From Eledone cirrhosa (taxonomy: Eukaryota): a DNA stretch of 64,000 bases. Positions 1 through 14,959 of the stretch are shown one piece after another. Under the pieces are notes generated by a model, which saw nothing but the letters and a program-made list of their open reading frames with translations, did no database searches and was not told the origin of the DNA. Within the stretch, counting starts at the first letter, position 1. Each line of letters starts with the position of its first letter. Made by a program: the position numbers and the translations under genes. Location of the stretch: positions 405,976,001 to 406,040,000 of the forward strand of contig OZ024740.1 in assembly GCA_964016885.1 (NCBI GenBank). Direction: 5' to 3'.

Positions 1-3000
1 TTACAATTGTGTATATGGCCTAGTAGTTATAGTGTTGGCTTCACAATAGTGTATATGGCCTAGTGGTTATAATGTCGGTTTCACAATCGTGTCTATGGCA
101 TAGTAGCTATAGTGTTAGCTTCAAAATTGTGAAAGTGGCCTAGCAGTTATAGTGTTTGTTTCACACTTGTGTATATAGCCTAGTACTTATAGTGTTGGTT
201 TCACAGTTGTGTATATGGCCTAGTACTTATAGTGTTGGCTTCACATTTGTGTATATAGCCTAGTAGATATAGTGTTGGCTTCACAATTGTGTATATGGCC
301 TAATAGTTATAATGTTTGTTTCACAATTGTGTATATGGCCTAGTAGTTATAGTGTTGGCTTCACAATTATGTGTATGGCCTAGTAGTTATAGAGTTGACT
401 TCACAATTGTGTATATGGCCTAGTAGTTAGAGTGTTGGCTTCACAATTGTTTATATGGCCTAGTAGTTATAATGTTGGTTTGACAATTGTGTAAATGGTC
501 TCTGGGTTATAGTGTTGTTTTCACAATTGTGTATATGGCCTAGTAGTTATAATGTTGGTTTCACAATTGTGTGTATGGCCTAGTAGTTATAGTGTTGGTT
601 TCAGAACTGTGTATACGGCCTACTAGTTAGAGTGTTGGCTTCACAATTGTGTATATGGCTTAGTAGTTATAGTGTTGGCTTCACAATTGTGTATATGGCC
701 TAGTACTTATAGTGTTGGTTTCACAATTGTGTATATGGCCTAGTAGTTATAGCGTTGGCTTCACAATTGTGTACATGACCTAGTAGTTATAGTGTTGGTT
801 TCAAATATTTTATATGGCCTAACAACTATAGTGTTGGCTTCACAATTGTGTGTATGGCCTAGTAGTTATAGGGTTAGCTTCACAATTGTGTGTATGGCCT
901 CATGGTTATAGTGTTGGCTTCACAAATGTGTATATGGTCTAGTAGTTATAGTGTTGGCTTCACAATTGTGTATATGGCCTAATAGTTATAGTGTTGGCTT
1001 AACAATTGTGTATATGGCCTAGTAATTATAGTGTTGGCTTCACAATTGTGTATATAGACTAGTAGTTATAGTGTTGGTTTCACAATCGTGTATATGGCCT
1101 AGTGTTGGTTTGACAATTGTGTAAATGGCCTCTGGGTTATAGTGTTGTTTTCACAATTGTGTGTATGGCCTAATAGTTATAGTGTTGGCTTCACAACTGT
1201 GTATATGGCCTAGCAGTTATAACGTTGGTTTCACAATCGTATGTATGACCTCATGGTTATATTGTTGGTTTCACAATTGTGTATATGGCCTAGTAGTTAT
1301 AGTGTTGACTTCACAATTGTGTATATGCCTAGTAGTTATAGTGTTGGTTTGACAATTGTGTAAATGGCCTCTGGGTTATAGTGTTGTTTTCACAATTGTG
1401 TGTATGGCCTAATAGTTATAGTGTTGGCTTCACAACAGTGTATATGGCCTAGTAGTTATAGTGTTGGCTTCACAATTGTGTATATGGCCTAGTAGTTAGA
1501 GTGTTGGCTTCACAATTGTGTATATGGCCTAGTAGTTAGAGTGTTGGCTTCACAATTGTGTATATGGCTTAGTAGCTATAGTGTTGGCTTCAAAATTGTG
1601 AAAGTGGCCTAGCAGTTATAGTGTTTGTTTCACACTTGTGTATATAGCCTAGTAGTTATAGTGTTGGCTTCACAAATGAGTATATGGTCTAGTAGTTATA
1701 GTGTTGGCGTCACAATTGTGTATACGGCCTAGTGGTTATAATATTGGTTTCACAATTGTGTGTAAGGCCTAGTAGTTATAGTGTTGGCTTAACAAATGTG
1801 TATATGGTTTAGTAGTATTAATGTTGGCTTCACAATTGTGTATATGGCCTATTAGTTAGAGTGTTGGCTTCAGAATTGTGTATATGGCTTAGTAGCCATA
1901 GTGTCGACTTCAAAATTGTGAAAGTGGCCTAGCAGTTATAATGTTCTTTTCACACTTGTGTATATAGCCTAGTAGATATAGTGTTGGCTTCACAATTGTG
2001 TATATGGCCTTATAGTTATAGTGTTGGCTTCCCAATTGTGTATATGGCCTACTAGTTATAGTGTTGGCTTCACAATTGTGTGTATGGCCTCATGGTTATA
2101 GTGTTGGTTTCACAATTGTGTATATGGCCTAGTAGTTATAGTGTTGGTTTCACAATTGTGTATATGGCCTAGTAGTTATAATGTTGGTTTGACAATTGTG
2201 TAAATGGCCTCTGAGTTATAGTGTTGTTTTCACAATTGTGTATATGGCCTAGTAGTTATAATGTTGGTTTCACATTTCTGTGTATGTTCTAGTAGTTATA
2301 GTGTTGGCTTCACAAATGTGTATATGGTCTAGTAGTTATAGTGTTGGCTTCACAATTGTGTATATGGCCTAGTGGTTATAATGTTGGGTTCAGAATTGTG
2401 TGTATATCCTAGTAGTTATAGTGTTGGCTTCACAATTGTGTATATGGCTTAGTCGCTATAGTGTTGGCATCAATATTGTGAAAGTGGCCTAGCAGTTATA
2501 GTGTTTGTTTCACAATTGTGCATATGGCCTAGTAGATATAGTGTTGGCTTCACAATTCTGTATATGGCCTAATAATTATAGTGTTGGCTTCACAATTGTG
2601 TATATGGCCTAGTAGTTATAGTGTTGGCTGTATAATTGTGTATATGGCCTAGTAGTTATAGTGCTGGCCTCACAATTGTGTATATGGCCTAGTAGTTATA
2701 GTGTTGGCTTCACAAATGTGTATATGGCCTAGTAGTTATAGTGTTGGCTTCACAATTATGTATATGGCCTAGTAGTTATAGTGTTGGTTTCACAATTGTG
2801 TGTATGTCCTAGTAGTAATAGTGTTGGCTTCAAAAATGTGTATATGGCCAAATAGTTATAGTGTTGGTTTCACAATTGTGTATATGAACTAGTAGTTATA
2901 GTGTTGGTTTCACAATTGTGTATATGGCCTAGTAGTTATAGTGTTGGCTTCACAATTGTGTATATGGCCTAGTAGTTATAGGGTTGGCTTCACAATTGTG

Positions 3001-3699
3001 TATATGGCCTAGTAGTTATAGTGTTAGCTTCACAAATGTGTATATGGCCTAGTAGTTATAATGTTGGTTTGACAATTGTGTAAATGGCCTCTGGGTGATA
3101 GTGTTGTTTTCACAATTGTGTATATGGCCTAGTAGTTATAATGTTGGGTTCAGAATTGTGTGTGTGGCCTAGTAGTTATAGTGTTGCCTTCACAATTGTG
3201 TATATGGCCTAGTAGTTAGAGTGTTGGCTTCACAATTGTGTATATGGCCTAGTAGTTATAACGTTGGCTTCACAATTGTGTATATGCCTAGTAGTTATAG
3301 TGTCGGTTTCAAATAGTGTATATGGCCTAATAACTATAGTGTTGGCTTCACAATTGTGTGTATGGCCTAGTAGTTATAGGGTTGGCTTCACAATTGTGTG
3401 TATAGCCTCATGGTTATAGTGTTGGTTTCACGATTGTGTATATGGCCTAGTAGTTATAGTGTTGACTTCACAATTGTGTATATGGCCTAGTAGTTATAGT
3501 GTTGACTTCACAAATGTGTATATGGCCTAGTTGTTATAGTGTTGGCTTCACAATTGTGTATATGGCCAAATAGTTATAGTGTTGGCTTAACAATTGTGTA
3601 TATGGCCTAGTAATTATAGTGTTGGCTTCACAATTGTGTATATGGCCTAGTAGTTATTGTGTTGGCTTCACAATTGTGCATATGGCCTAGTAGTTATAG

Positions 3700-6600
3700 T
3701 GTTGGTTTCACAATTGTGCATATGGCCTAGTAGGTATAGTGTTGGCTTCACAATTGTGTATATGTCCTAGTAGTTATAGAGTTGGTTTCACAATTGTGTA
3801 TATGGCCTAATAGTTATAGTGTTGGCTTCACAATTGTGCATATGGCCTAATAGTTATAGTGTTGGCTTCACAACTGTGTATATGGCCTAGTAGTTATAGT
3901 GTTGACTTCACAATTGTGTATATGGCCTAGTAATTATAGTGTTGGCCTCACAATTGTGTATATGGCCTAGTAGTTATAGTTTTGGCTTCACAAATGTGTA
4001 TATGGCCTAGTTGTTATAGTGTTGGTTTCACAATTGTGTATATGGCCTAGCAGTTATAATGTTGGTTTGACAATTTTGAAAATGGCCTCTGGGTTATAGT
4101 GTTGCTTTCACAATTGTGTATATGGCCTAGTAGTTATAATGTTGGTTTCACAATTGTGTATATGGCCTAGTATATATAGTGTTGGTTTCACAACTGTGTA
4201 TATGGCCTAGTAATTATATTGTTGGCTTCACAATTGTGTATATGGCCTAATAGTTATAGTGTTGGCTTCACAAATGTGTATATGGTCTAGTAGTTATAGT
4301 GTTGGTTCACAATTGTGTATATGGCCTAGTGGTTATAATGTTGGTTTCAAAATTGTGTGTATGGCCTAATATTTATAGTGTTGGTTTCACAACTGTGTAT
4401 ATGGCCTAGTAATTATAATGTTGGCTTCACAATTGAGTATATGGCCTAATATTTATAGTGTTGGGTTAACAATTGTGTATATGGCCTAATAGTTGTAGTG
4501 TTGGCTTCACAATTGTGCATATGCCCTAGTAGTTATAGTGTTGGCTTCACAATTGTGTATATGGCCTAGTACTTATAGTGTTGGTTTCACAATTGTGTAT
4601 ATGGCCTAATAGTTATAGTGTTGGCTTCACAATTGTGCATATGGCCTATTAGTTCTAGTGTTGGCTTCACAATTGTGTATATGGCCGAGTACTTATAGTG
4701 TTGGTTTCACAATTGTGTATATGGCCTAATAGTTATAGTGTGGGTTTAACAATTGTGTATATAGCCTAGTAATTATAGTGTTGGCTTCACAATTGTGTAT
4801 ATGGCCTAGTAGTTATAGTGTTGGTTTCACAATTGTGTATATGGCCTAATAGTTATTGTGTTGGCTTCACAATTGTGCATATGGCCTAGTAGTTATAGTG
4901 TTGGCTTCACAATTGTGTATATGGCCTAGTACTTATAGTGTTGGCTTCACAATTGTGTATATGGCCTAGTAGTTATAGAGTTGCTTTCACAATTGTGTAT
5001 ATGGCCTAATAGTTATAGTATTGGCTTCACAATTGTGCATATGGCCTAGTAGTTATAGTGTTGGCTTCACAATTGTGTATATGGTCTAGTAGTTATAGTG
5101 TTGACTTCACAATTGTGAATATGGCCTAGTAGTTATACTGTTGGCCTCACAATTGTGTATATGGCCTAGTAGCTATACTGTTGACTTTACAAATGTGTAT
5201 ATGGCCTAGTTGTTATAGTGTTGGCTTCACAATTGTGTATATGGCCTAGCAGTAATAATATTGGTTTGACAATTTTGTAAATGGCCTCTGGGTTATAGTA
5301 TTATTTTCACAATTGTGTATATGGACTAGTAATTATAATGTTGGCTTCACAATTGTGTATATGGCCTAATAGTTATAGTGTTGGCTTAACAATTGTGTAT
5401 ATGGCCTAGTAGTTATAGTGTTGGTTTCACAATTGTGTATATGGCCTAGTAGTTATAGTGTTGGTTTCACAATTGTGTATATGGCCTAATAGTTATAGTG
5501 TTGGCTTCACAATTGTGCATATGGCCTAGTAGTTATAGTGTTGGCTTTACAATTGTGTATATGGCCTAGTAGTTATAGTGTTGGCTTCACAATTGTGTAT
5601 ATGGCCGAGTACTTATAGTGTTGGTTTCACAATTGTGTATATGGCCTAATAGTTATAGTGTTGGCTTAACAATCGTGTATATGGCCTAGTAGTTATAGCG
5701 TTGGCTTCACAATTGTGTATATGGCCTAGTAGTTATAGTGTTGGCCTCACAATTGTGAAAGTGGCCTAGCAGTTATAGTGTTTCTTTCACACTTGTGTAT
5801 ATGGCCTAGTAGTTATAGTGTTGGCTTCACAATAATGTATATGGTCTAATAGTTATAGTGTTGGCTTCACAATTCTGTATATGGCCTAGTAGTTATAGTG
5901 TCGGCTTCACAATTGTGTATATGGCCTAATAGTTATAGTGTTGGCTTCACAATTGTGTATATCGCCTAGTAGTTATAGTGTTGGCTTCACAATTGTGTAT
6001 ATGGTCTAGTACTTATAGTGTTGGCTTCACAATTGTGTATATGGACTAGTAGTTATAGAGTTGGTTTCACAATTGTGTATATGGCGTAGTATTTATAGTG
6101 TTGGCTTCACAATTGTGTATATGGCCTAGTAGTTATAGTGTTGGTTTCACAATTGTGTACATGGCCTAATAGTTATTGTGTTGGCTTCACAATTGTGCAT
6201 ATGGCCTAGTAGTTATAGTGTTGGTTTCACAATTGTGCATATGGCCTAGTAGTTATAGTGTTGGCTTCACAATTGTGTATATGGCCTAGTACTTATAGTG
6301 TTGGCTTCACAATTGTGTATATGGCCTAATAGTTATGGTGTTGGCTTCACAATTGTGCATATGGCCTAGTAGTTATAGTGTTGGCTTCACAATTGTGTAT
6401 ATGGCCTAGTAGTTATAGTGTTGGTTTGACAATTTTGTAAATGGCCTCTGGGTTATAGTGTTGTTTTCACAATTGTGTATATGGTCTAGTACTTATAGTG
6501 TTGGCTTCACAATTGTGTATATGGCCTAGTAGTTATAGAGTTGGTTTCACAATTGCGTATATGGCCTAATAGTTATAGTGTTGGCTTCACAATTGTGCAT

Positions 6601-9600
6601 ATGGCCTAATAGTTATAGTGTTGGCTTCACAACTGTGTATATGGCCTAGTAGTTATAGTGTTGACTTCACAATTGTGTATATGGCTTATTAATTATAGTG
6701 TTGGCCTCACAATTGTGTATATGGCCTAGTAGTTATAGTGTTGGCTTCACAAATGTTTATATGGCCTAGTTATTATAGTGTTGGCTTCACAATTGTTTAT
6801 ATGGCCTAGCAGTTATAATGTTGGTTTGACAATTTTGTAAATGGCCTCTGGGTTATAGTGTTGTTTTCACAATTGTGTATATGGCCTAGTAGTTATAATG
6901 TTGGTTTCACTATTGTGTATATGGCCTAGTATATATAGTGTTGGTTTCACAACTGTGTATATGGCCTAGTAGTTATAATGTTGGCTTCACAATTGTGTAT
7001 ATGGCCTAATAGTTATAGTGTTGGCTTCACAAATGTATATATGGTCTAGTAGTTATAGTGTTGGCTTCACAATTGTGTATATGGCCTAGTGGTTATAATG
7101 TTGGTTTCAAAATTGTGTGTATGGCCTAATATTTATAGTGTTGGTTTCACAATTGTGCATATGCCCTAGTAGTTATAGTGTTGGCTTCACAATTGTGTAT
7201 ATGGCCTAGTACTTATAGTGTTGGTTTCACAATTGTGTATATGGCCTAATAGTTATAGTGTTGGCTTCACAATTGTGCATATGCCCTAGTAGTTATAGTG
7301 TTGGCTTCACAATTGTGTATATGGCCTAGTACTTATAGTGTTGGTTTCACAATTGTGTATATGGCCTAATAGTTATAGTGTTGGCTTCACAATTGTGCAT
7401 ATGGCCTAGTAGTTATAGTGTTGGCTTCACAATTGTGTATATGGCCTAGTACTTATAGTGTTGGTTTCACAATTGTGTATATGGCCTAATAGTTATAGTG
7501 TGGGTTTAACAATTGTGTATATAGCCTAGTAATTATAGTGTTGGCTTCACAATTGTGTATATGGCCTAGTAGTTATAGTGTTGGTTTTACAATTGTGTAT
7601 ATGGCCTAATAGTTATTGTGTTGGCTTCACAATTGTGCATATGGCCTAGTAGTTATAGTGTTGGCTTCACAATTGTGTATATGGCCTAGTACTTATAGTG
7701 TTGGCTTCACAATTGTGTATATGGCCTAGTAGTTATAGAGTTGGTTTCACAATTGTGTATATGGCCTAATAGTTATAGTATTGGCTTCACAATTGTGCAT
7801 ATGGCCTAGTAGTTATAGTGTTGGCTTCACAATTGTGTATATGGCCTAGTAGTTATAGTTTTGACTTCACAATTGTGAATATGGGCTAGTAATTATAGTG
7901 TTGGCCTCACAATTGTGTATATGGCCTAGTAGTTATACTGTTGACTTTACAAATGTGTATATGGCCTAGTTGTTATAGTGTTGGCTTCACAATTGTGTAT
8001 ATGGCCTAGCAGTTATAATATTGGTTTGACAATTTTGTAAATGGCCACTGGGATATAGTATTATTTTCACAATTGTGTATATGGCCTAATAGTTATAGTG
8101 TTGGCTTAACAATTGTGTATATGGCCTAGTAGTTATAGTGTTGGTTTCACAATTGTGTATATGGCCTAGTAGTTATAGTGTTGGTTTCACAATTGTGTAT
8201 ATGGCCTAATAGTTATAGTGTTGGCTTCACAATTGTGCATATGGCCTAGTAGTTATAGTGTTGGCTTCACAATTGTGTATATGGCCTAGTAGTTATAGTG
8301 TTGGCTTCACAATTGTGTATATGGCCGAGTACTTATAGTGTTGGTTTCACAATTTTGTATATGGCCTAATAGTTATAGTGTTGGCTTCACAATTTTGTAT
8401 ATGGCCTAGTAGTTATAGCGTTGGCTTTACAAATGTGTATATGGCCTAGTAGTTAGAGTGTTGGCTTCACAATTGTGTATATGGCCTAGTAGTTATAATA
8501 TTGGTTTCACAATTGTGTAAATGGCCTCTGGGTTATAGTGTTGTTTTCACAATTGTGTGTATGGCCTAATAGTTATAATGTTGGCTTCACAATTGTGTAT
8601 ATGGCCTAGTAGTTATAGTGTTGGCCTCACAATTGTGAAAGTGGCCTAGCAGTTATAGTGTTTCTTTCACACTTGTGTATATAGCCTAGTAGATATAGTG
8701 TTGGCTTCACAATAATGTATATGGCCTAATAGTTATAGTGTTGGCTTCACAATTCTGTATATGGCCTAGTAGTTATAGTGTCGGCTTCACAATTGTGTAT
8801 ATGGCCTAATAGTTATAGTGTTGGCTTCACAATTGTGTATATCGCCTAGTAGTTATAGTGTTGGCTTCACAAATGTGTATATGGTCTAGTACTTATAGTG
8901 TTGGCTTCACAATTGTGTATATGGACTAGTAGTTATAGAGTCGGTTTCACAATTGTGTATATGGCCTAATAGTTATTGTGTTGGCTTCACAATTGTGTAT
9001 ATGGCCTAGTAGTTATAGAGTTGGTTTCACAATTGTGTATATGGCGTAATAATAATTGTGTTGGCTTCACAATTGTCCATATGGCCTAATAGTTATAGTG
9101 TTGGCTTCACAACTGTGTATATGGCCTAGCAGTTATAGTGTTGACTTCACAATTGTGTATATGGCTTAGTAATTATAGTGTTGGCCTCACAATTGTGTAT
9201 AAGGCCTAGTAGTTATAGTGTTGGCTTCACAAATGTGTATATGGCCTAGTTGTTATAGTGTTGGCTTCACAATTGTGTATATGGCCTAGCAGTTATAATG
9301 TTGGTTTGACAATTTTGTAAATGGCCTCTGGGTTATAGTGTTGTTTTCACAATTGTGTATATGGCCTAGTAGTTATAATGTTGGTTTCACAATTGTGTAT
9401 ATGGTCTAGTATATATAGTCTTGGTTTCACAACTGTGTATATGGCCTAGTAATTATAATGTTGGCTTCACAATTGTGTGTATGGTCTAGTAGTTATAGTG
9501 TTGGCTTCACAATTGTGTATATGGCCTAGTGGTTATAATGTTGGTTTCACAATTGTGTATATGGTCTAGTAGTTATAGTGTTGGCTTCACAATTGTGTGT

Positions 9601-12600
9601 ATGGCCTAGTATTTATAGTGTTGGTTTCACAATTGTGTATATAGCCTAGTAATTATAATGTTGGCTTCACAATTGTGTATATGGCCTAATAGTTATAGTG
9701 TTGGCTTAACAATTGTTTATATGGCCTAGTAGTTATAGTGTTGGTTTCACAATTGTGTATATGGCCTAATAGTTATAGTGTTGGCTTCACAATTGTGCAT
9801 TTGCCCTAGTAGTAATAGTGTTGGCTTCACAATTGTGTATATGGCCTAGTACTTATAGTGTTGGTTTCACAATTGTGTATATGGCCTAATAGTTATAGTG
9901 TTGGCTTCACAATTGTGCATATGGCCTAGTAGTTATAGTGTTGGCTTCACAATTGTGTATATGGCCGAGTACTTATAGTGTTGGTTTCACAATTGTGTAT
10001 ATGGCCTAATAGTTATAGTGTTGGCTTAACAATTGTGTATATAGCCTAGTAATTATAGTGTTGGCTTCACAATTGTGTATATGGCCTGGTAGTTATAGTG
10101 TTGGTTTCACAATTGTGTATATGGCCTAATAGTTATTGTGTTGGCTTCACAACTGTGCATATGGCCTAGTAGTTATAGTGTTGGCTTCACAATTGTGTAT
10201 ATGGCCTAGTACTTATAGTGTTGGATTCACAATTGTGTATATGGTCTAGTAGTTATAGAGTTGGTTTCACAATTGTGTATATGGCCTAATAGTTATAGTG
10301 TTGGCTTCACAATTGTGCATATGGCCTAGTAGTTATAGTGTTGGCTTCACAATTGTGTATATGGCCTAGTAGTTATAGTGTTGACTTCACAATTGTGTAT
10401 ATGGCCTAGTAGTTATAGTGTTGGCCTCACAATTGTGTATATGGCCTAGTAGTTATACTGTTGACTTCACAAATGTGTATATGGCCTAGTTGTTATAGTG
10501 TTGGCTTCACAATTGTGTATATGGCCTAGCAGTTATAATGTTGGTTTGACAATTTTGTAAATGGCCTCTGGGTTATAGTATTATTTTCACAATTGTGTAT
10601 ATGGCCTAGTAATTATAATGTTGGCTTCACAATTGTGTATATGGCCTAATAGTTATAGTGTTGGCTTCATAATTGTGTATATGGTCTAGTAGTTATAGTG
10701 TTGGCTTCACAATTGTGTATATGGCCTAGTGGTTATAATGTAGGTTTCACAATTGTGTGTATGGCCTAGTATTTATAGTGTTGGTTTCACAAATGTGTAT
10801 ATGGCCTAGTAATAATAATGTTGGCTTCACAATTGTGTATATGGCCTAATAGTTATAGTGTTGGCTTAACAATTGTGTATATGGCCTAGTAGTTATAGTG
10901 TTGGTTTCACAATTGTGTATATGGCCTAGTAGTTATAGTGTTGGTTTCACAATTGTGTATATGGCCTAATAGTTATAGTGTTGGCTTCACAATTGTGCAT
11001 ATGGCCTAGTAGTTATAGTGTTGGCTTCACAATTGTGTATATGGCCTAGTAGTTATAGTGTTGGCTTCACAATTGTGTATATGGCCGAGTACGTATAGTG
11101 TTGGTTTCACAATTGTGTATATGGCCTAATAGTTATAGTGTTGGCTTAACAATTGTGTATATGGCCTAGTAGTTATAGCGTTGGCTTCAAAAATGTGTAT
11201 ATGGCCTAGTAGTTAGAGTGTTGGCTTCACAATTGTGTATATGGCCTAGTAGTTATAATATTGGTTTCACAATTGTGTAAATGGCCTCTGGGTTATAGTG
11301 TTGTTTTCACAATTGTGTGTATGGCCTAATAGTTATAATGTTGGCTTCACAATTGTGTATATGGCCGAGTAGTTATAGTGTTGGCCTCACAATTGTGAAA
11401 GTGGCCTAGCAGTTATAGTGTTTCTTTCACACTTGTGTATATAGCCTAGCAGATATAGTGTTGGCTTCACAATAGTGTATATGGCCTAACAGTTATAGTG
11501 TTGGCTTCACAATCTGTATATGGCCTAGTAGTTATAGTGTCGGCTTCACAATTGTGTATATGGCCTAATAGTTATAGTGTTGGCTTCACAATTGTGTATA
11601 TCGCCTAGTAGTTATAGTGTTGGCTTCACAATTGTGTATATGGACTAGTAGTTATAGAGTTGGTTTCACAATTGTGTATATGGCGTAGTATTTATAGTCT
11701 TGGCTTCACAATTGTGTATATGGCCTAGTAGTTATAGTGTTGGTTTCACAATTGTGTATATGGCCTAATAGTTATTGTGTTGGCTTCACAATTGTGCATA
11801 TGGCCTAGTAGTTATAGTGTTGGTTTCACAATTGTGCATATGGCCTAGTAGTTATAGTGTTGGCTTCACAATTGTGTATATGGCCTAATAGTTATTGTGT
11901 TGGCTTCACAATTGTGCATATGGCCTAGTAGTTATAGTGTTGGCTTCACAATTGTGTATATGGACTAGTACTTATAGTGTTGGCTTCACAATTGTGTATA
12001 TGGCCTAGTAGTTATAGAGTTGGTTTCACAATTGTGTATATGGCCTAATAGTTATAGTGCTGGCTTCACAATTGTGCATATGGCATAATAGTTATAGTGT
12101 TGGCTTCACAATTGTGTATATGGCCTAGTAGTTATAGTGTTGACTTCACAATTGTGTATATGGCCTAGTAATTATAGTGTTGGCCTCACAATTGTGTATA
12201 TGGCCTAGTAGTTATAGTGTTGGCTTCACAAATGTGTATATGGCCTAGTTGTTATAGTGTTGGCTTCACAATTGTGTATATGGCCTAGCAGTTATAATGT
12301 TGGTTTGACAATTTTTTAAATGGCCTCTGGGTTATAGTGTTGTTTTCACAATTGTGTATATGGCCTAGTAGTTATAATGTTGGTTTCACAATTGTTTATA
12401 TGGCCTAGTATATATAGTGTTGGTTTCACAACTGTGTATATGGCCTAGTAATTATAATGTTGGCTTCACAATTGTGTATATGGCCTAATAGTTATAGTGT
12501 TGGCTTCACAAATGTGTATATGGTCTAGAAGTTATAGTGTTGGCTTCACAATTGTGTATATGGCCTAGTCGTTATAATGTTGGTTTCACAATTGTGTGTA

Positions 12601-14600
12601 TGGCCTAGTATTTATAGTGTTGGTTTCACAATTGTGTATGTGGCCTAGTAATTATAATGTTGGCTTCACAATTGTGTATATGGCCTAATAGTTATAGTGT
12701 TGGCTTAACAATTGTTTGTATGGCCTAGTAGTTATAGTGTTGGTTTCACAATTGTGTATATGGCCTAATAGTTATAGTGTTGGCGTCACAATTGTGCATT
12801 TGCCCTAGTAGTAATAGTGTTGGCTTCACAATTGTGTATATGGCCTAGTACTTATAGTGTTGGTTTCACAATTGTGTATATGGCCTAATAGTTATAGTGT
12901 TGGCTTCACAATTGTGCATATGGCCTAGTAGTTATAGTGTTGGCTTCACAATTGTGTATATGGCCGAGTACTTATAGTGTTGGTTTCACAATTGTGTATA
13001 TGGCCTAATAGTTATAGTGTTGGCTTAACAATTGTGTATATAGCCTAGTAATTATAGTGTTGGCTTCACAATTGTGTATATGGCCTGGTAGTTATAGTGT
13101 TGGTTTCACAATTGTGTATATGGCCTAATAGTTATTGTGTTGGCTTCACAACTGTGCATATGGCCTAGTAGTTATAGTGTTGGCTTCACAATTGTGTATA
13201 TGGCCTAGTACTTATAGTGTTGGCTTCACAATTGTGTATATGGTCTAGTAGTTATAGAGTTGGTTTCACAATTGTGTATATGGCCTAATAGTTATAGTGT
13301 TGGCTTCACAATAGTGCATATGGCCTAGTAGTTATAGTGTTGGCTTCACAATTGTGTATATGGCCTAGTAGTTATAGTGTTGACTTCACAATTGTGTATA
13401 TGGCCTAGTAGTTATAGTGTTGGCCTCACAATTGTGTATATGGCCTAGTAGTTATACTGTTGACTTCACAAATGTGTATATGGCCTAGTTGTTATAGTGT
13501 TGGCTTCACAATTGTGTATATGGCCTAGCAGTTATAATGTTGGTTTGACAATTTTGTAAATGGCCTCTGGGTTATAGTATTATTTTCACAATTGTGTATA
13601 TGGCCTAGTAATTATAATGTTGGCTTCACAATTGTGTATATGGCCTAATAGTTATAGTGTTGGCTTCATAATTGTGTATATGGTCTAGTAGTTATAGTGT
13701 TGGCTTCACAATTGTGTATATGGCCTAGTGGTTATAATGTAGGTTTCACAATTGTGTGTATGGCCTAGTATTTATAGTGTTGGTTTCACAAATGTGTATA
13801 TGGCCTAGTAATAATAATGTTGGCTTCACAATTGTGTATATGGCCTAATAGTTATAGTGTTGGCTTAACAATTGTGTATATGGCCTAGTAGTTATAGTGT
13901 TGGTTTCACAATTGTGTATATGGCCTAGTAGTTATAGTGTTTGTTTCACAATTGTGTATATGGCCTAATAGTTATAGTGTTGGCTTCACAATTGTGCATA
14001 TGGCCTAGTAGTTATAGTGTTGGCTTCACAATTGTGTATATGGCCTAGTAGTTATAGTGTTGGCTTCACAAATGTGTATATGGCCTAGTAGTTAGAGTGT
14101 TGGCTTCATAATTGTGTATATGGTCTAGTAGTTATAATATTGGTTTCACAATTGTGTAAATGGCCTCTGGGTTATAGTGTTGTTTTCACAATTGTGTGTA
14201 TGGCCTAATAGTTATAATGTTGGCTTCACAATTGTGTATATGGCCTAGTAGTTATAGTGTTGGCCGCACAATTGTGAAAGTGGCCTAGCAGTTATAGTGT
14301 TTCTTTCACACTTGTGTATATAGTCTAGTAGATATAGTGTTGGCTTCACAATAGTGTATATGGCCTAATAGTTATAGTGTTGGCTTCACAATTCTGTATA
14401 TGGCCTAGTAGTTATAGTGTCGGCTTCACAATTGTGTATATGGACTAATAGTTATAGTGTTGGCTTCACAATTGTGTATATCGCCTAGTAGTTATAGTGT
14501 TGGCTTCACAATTGTGTATATGGTCTAGTACTTATAGTGTTGGCTTCACAATTGTGTATATGGACTAGTAGTTAAAGAGTTGGTTTCACAATTGTGTATA
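3700..14600. repeat. Higher-order repeat in the 40-bp array, about 4 imperfect copies with ~2.76-3.0 kb period (~69-75 units)
   Basis: Rare variants recur at fixed offsets. TTCACAATTGTGAA is at 5106 and 7866 (2760). GAAAGTGGCCTAGC-TTTCTTTCACACTTG is at ~5761, 8641, 11401 and 14280. TTGCCCTAGTAGTAATAG (9801/12800), ATGGCCTGGT (10081/13080) and TAGGTTTCAC (10741/13740) all show offset 2999. Confidence 0.85.
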
Positions 14601-14959
14601 TGGCCTAGTATTTATAGCGTTGGCTTCACAAATGTTTATATGGCCTAGTAGTTAGTGTGTTGGCTTTACAATTGTGTTTATGGCCTAGTAGATATAGTGT
14701 TGGCTTCACAAATGTGTATATGCCTAGTAGTTATAGTGTTGGCTTCACAATTGTGTGTATGGCCTCATGGTTATAGTGTTGGTTTCACAATTGTGTATAT
14801 GGTGTAGTACTTATAGTGTTGCTTTCACAAATGTGTATATGGCCTAGTAATTATAATGTTGGCTTCACAATTGTGTATATGGCCTAATAGTTATAGTGTT
14901 GGCTTAACAATTGTGTATATGGCCTAGTAGTTATAGCGTTGGTTTCTCTATTGTGTATA

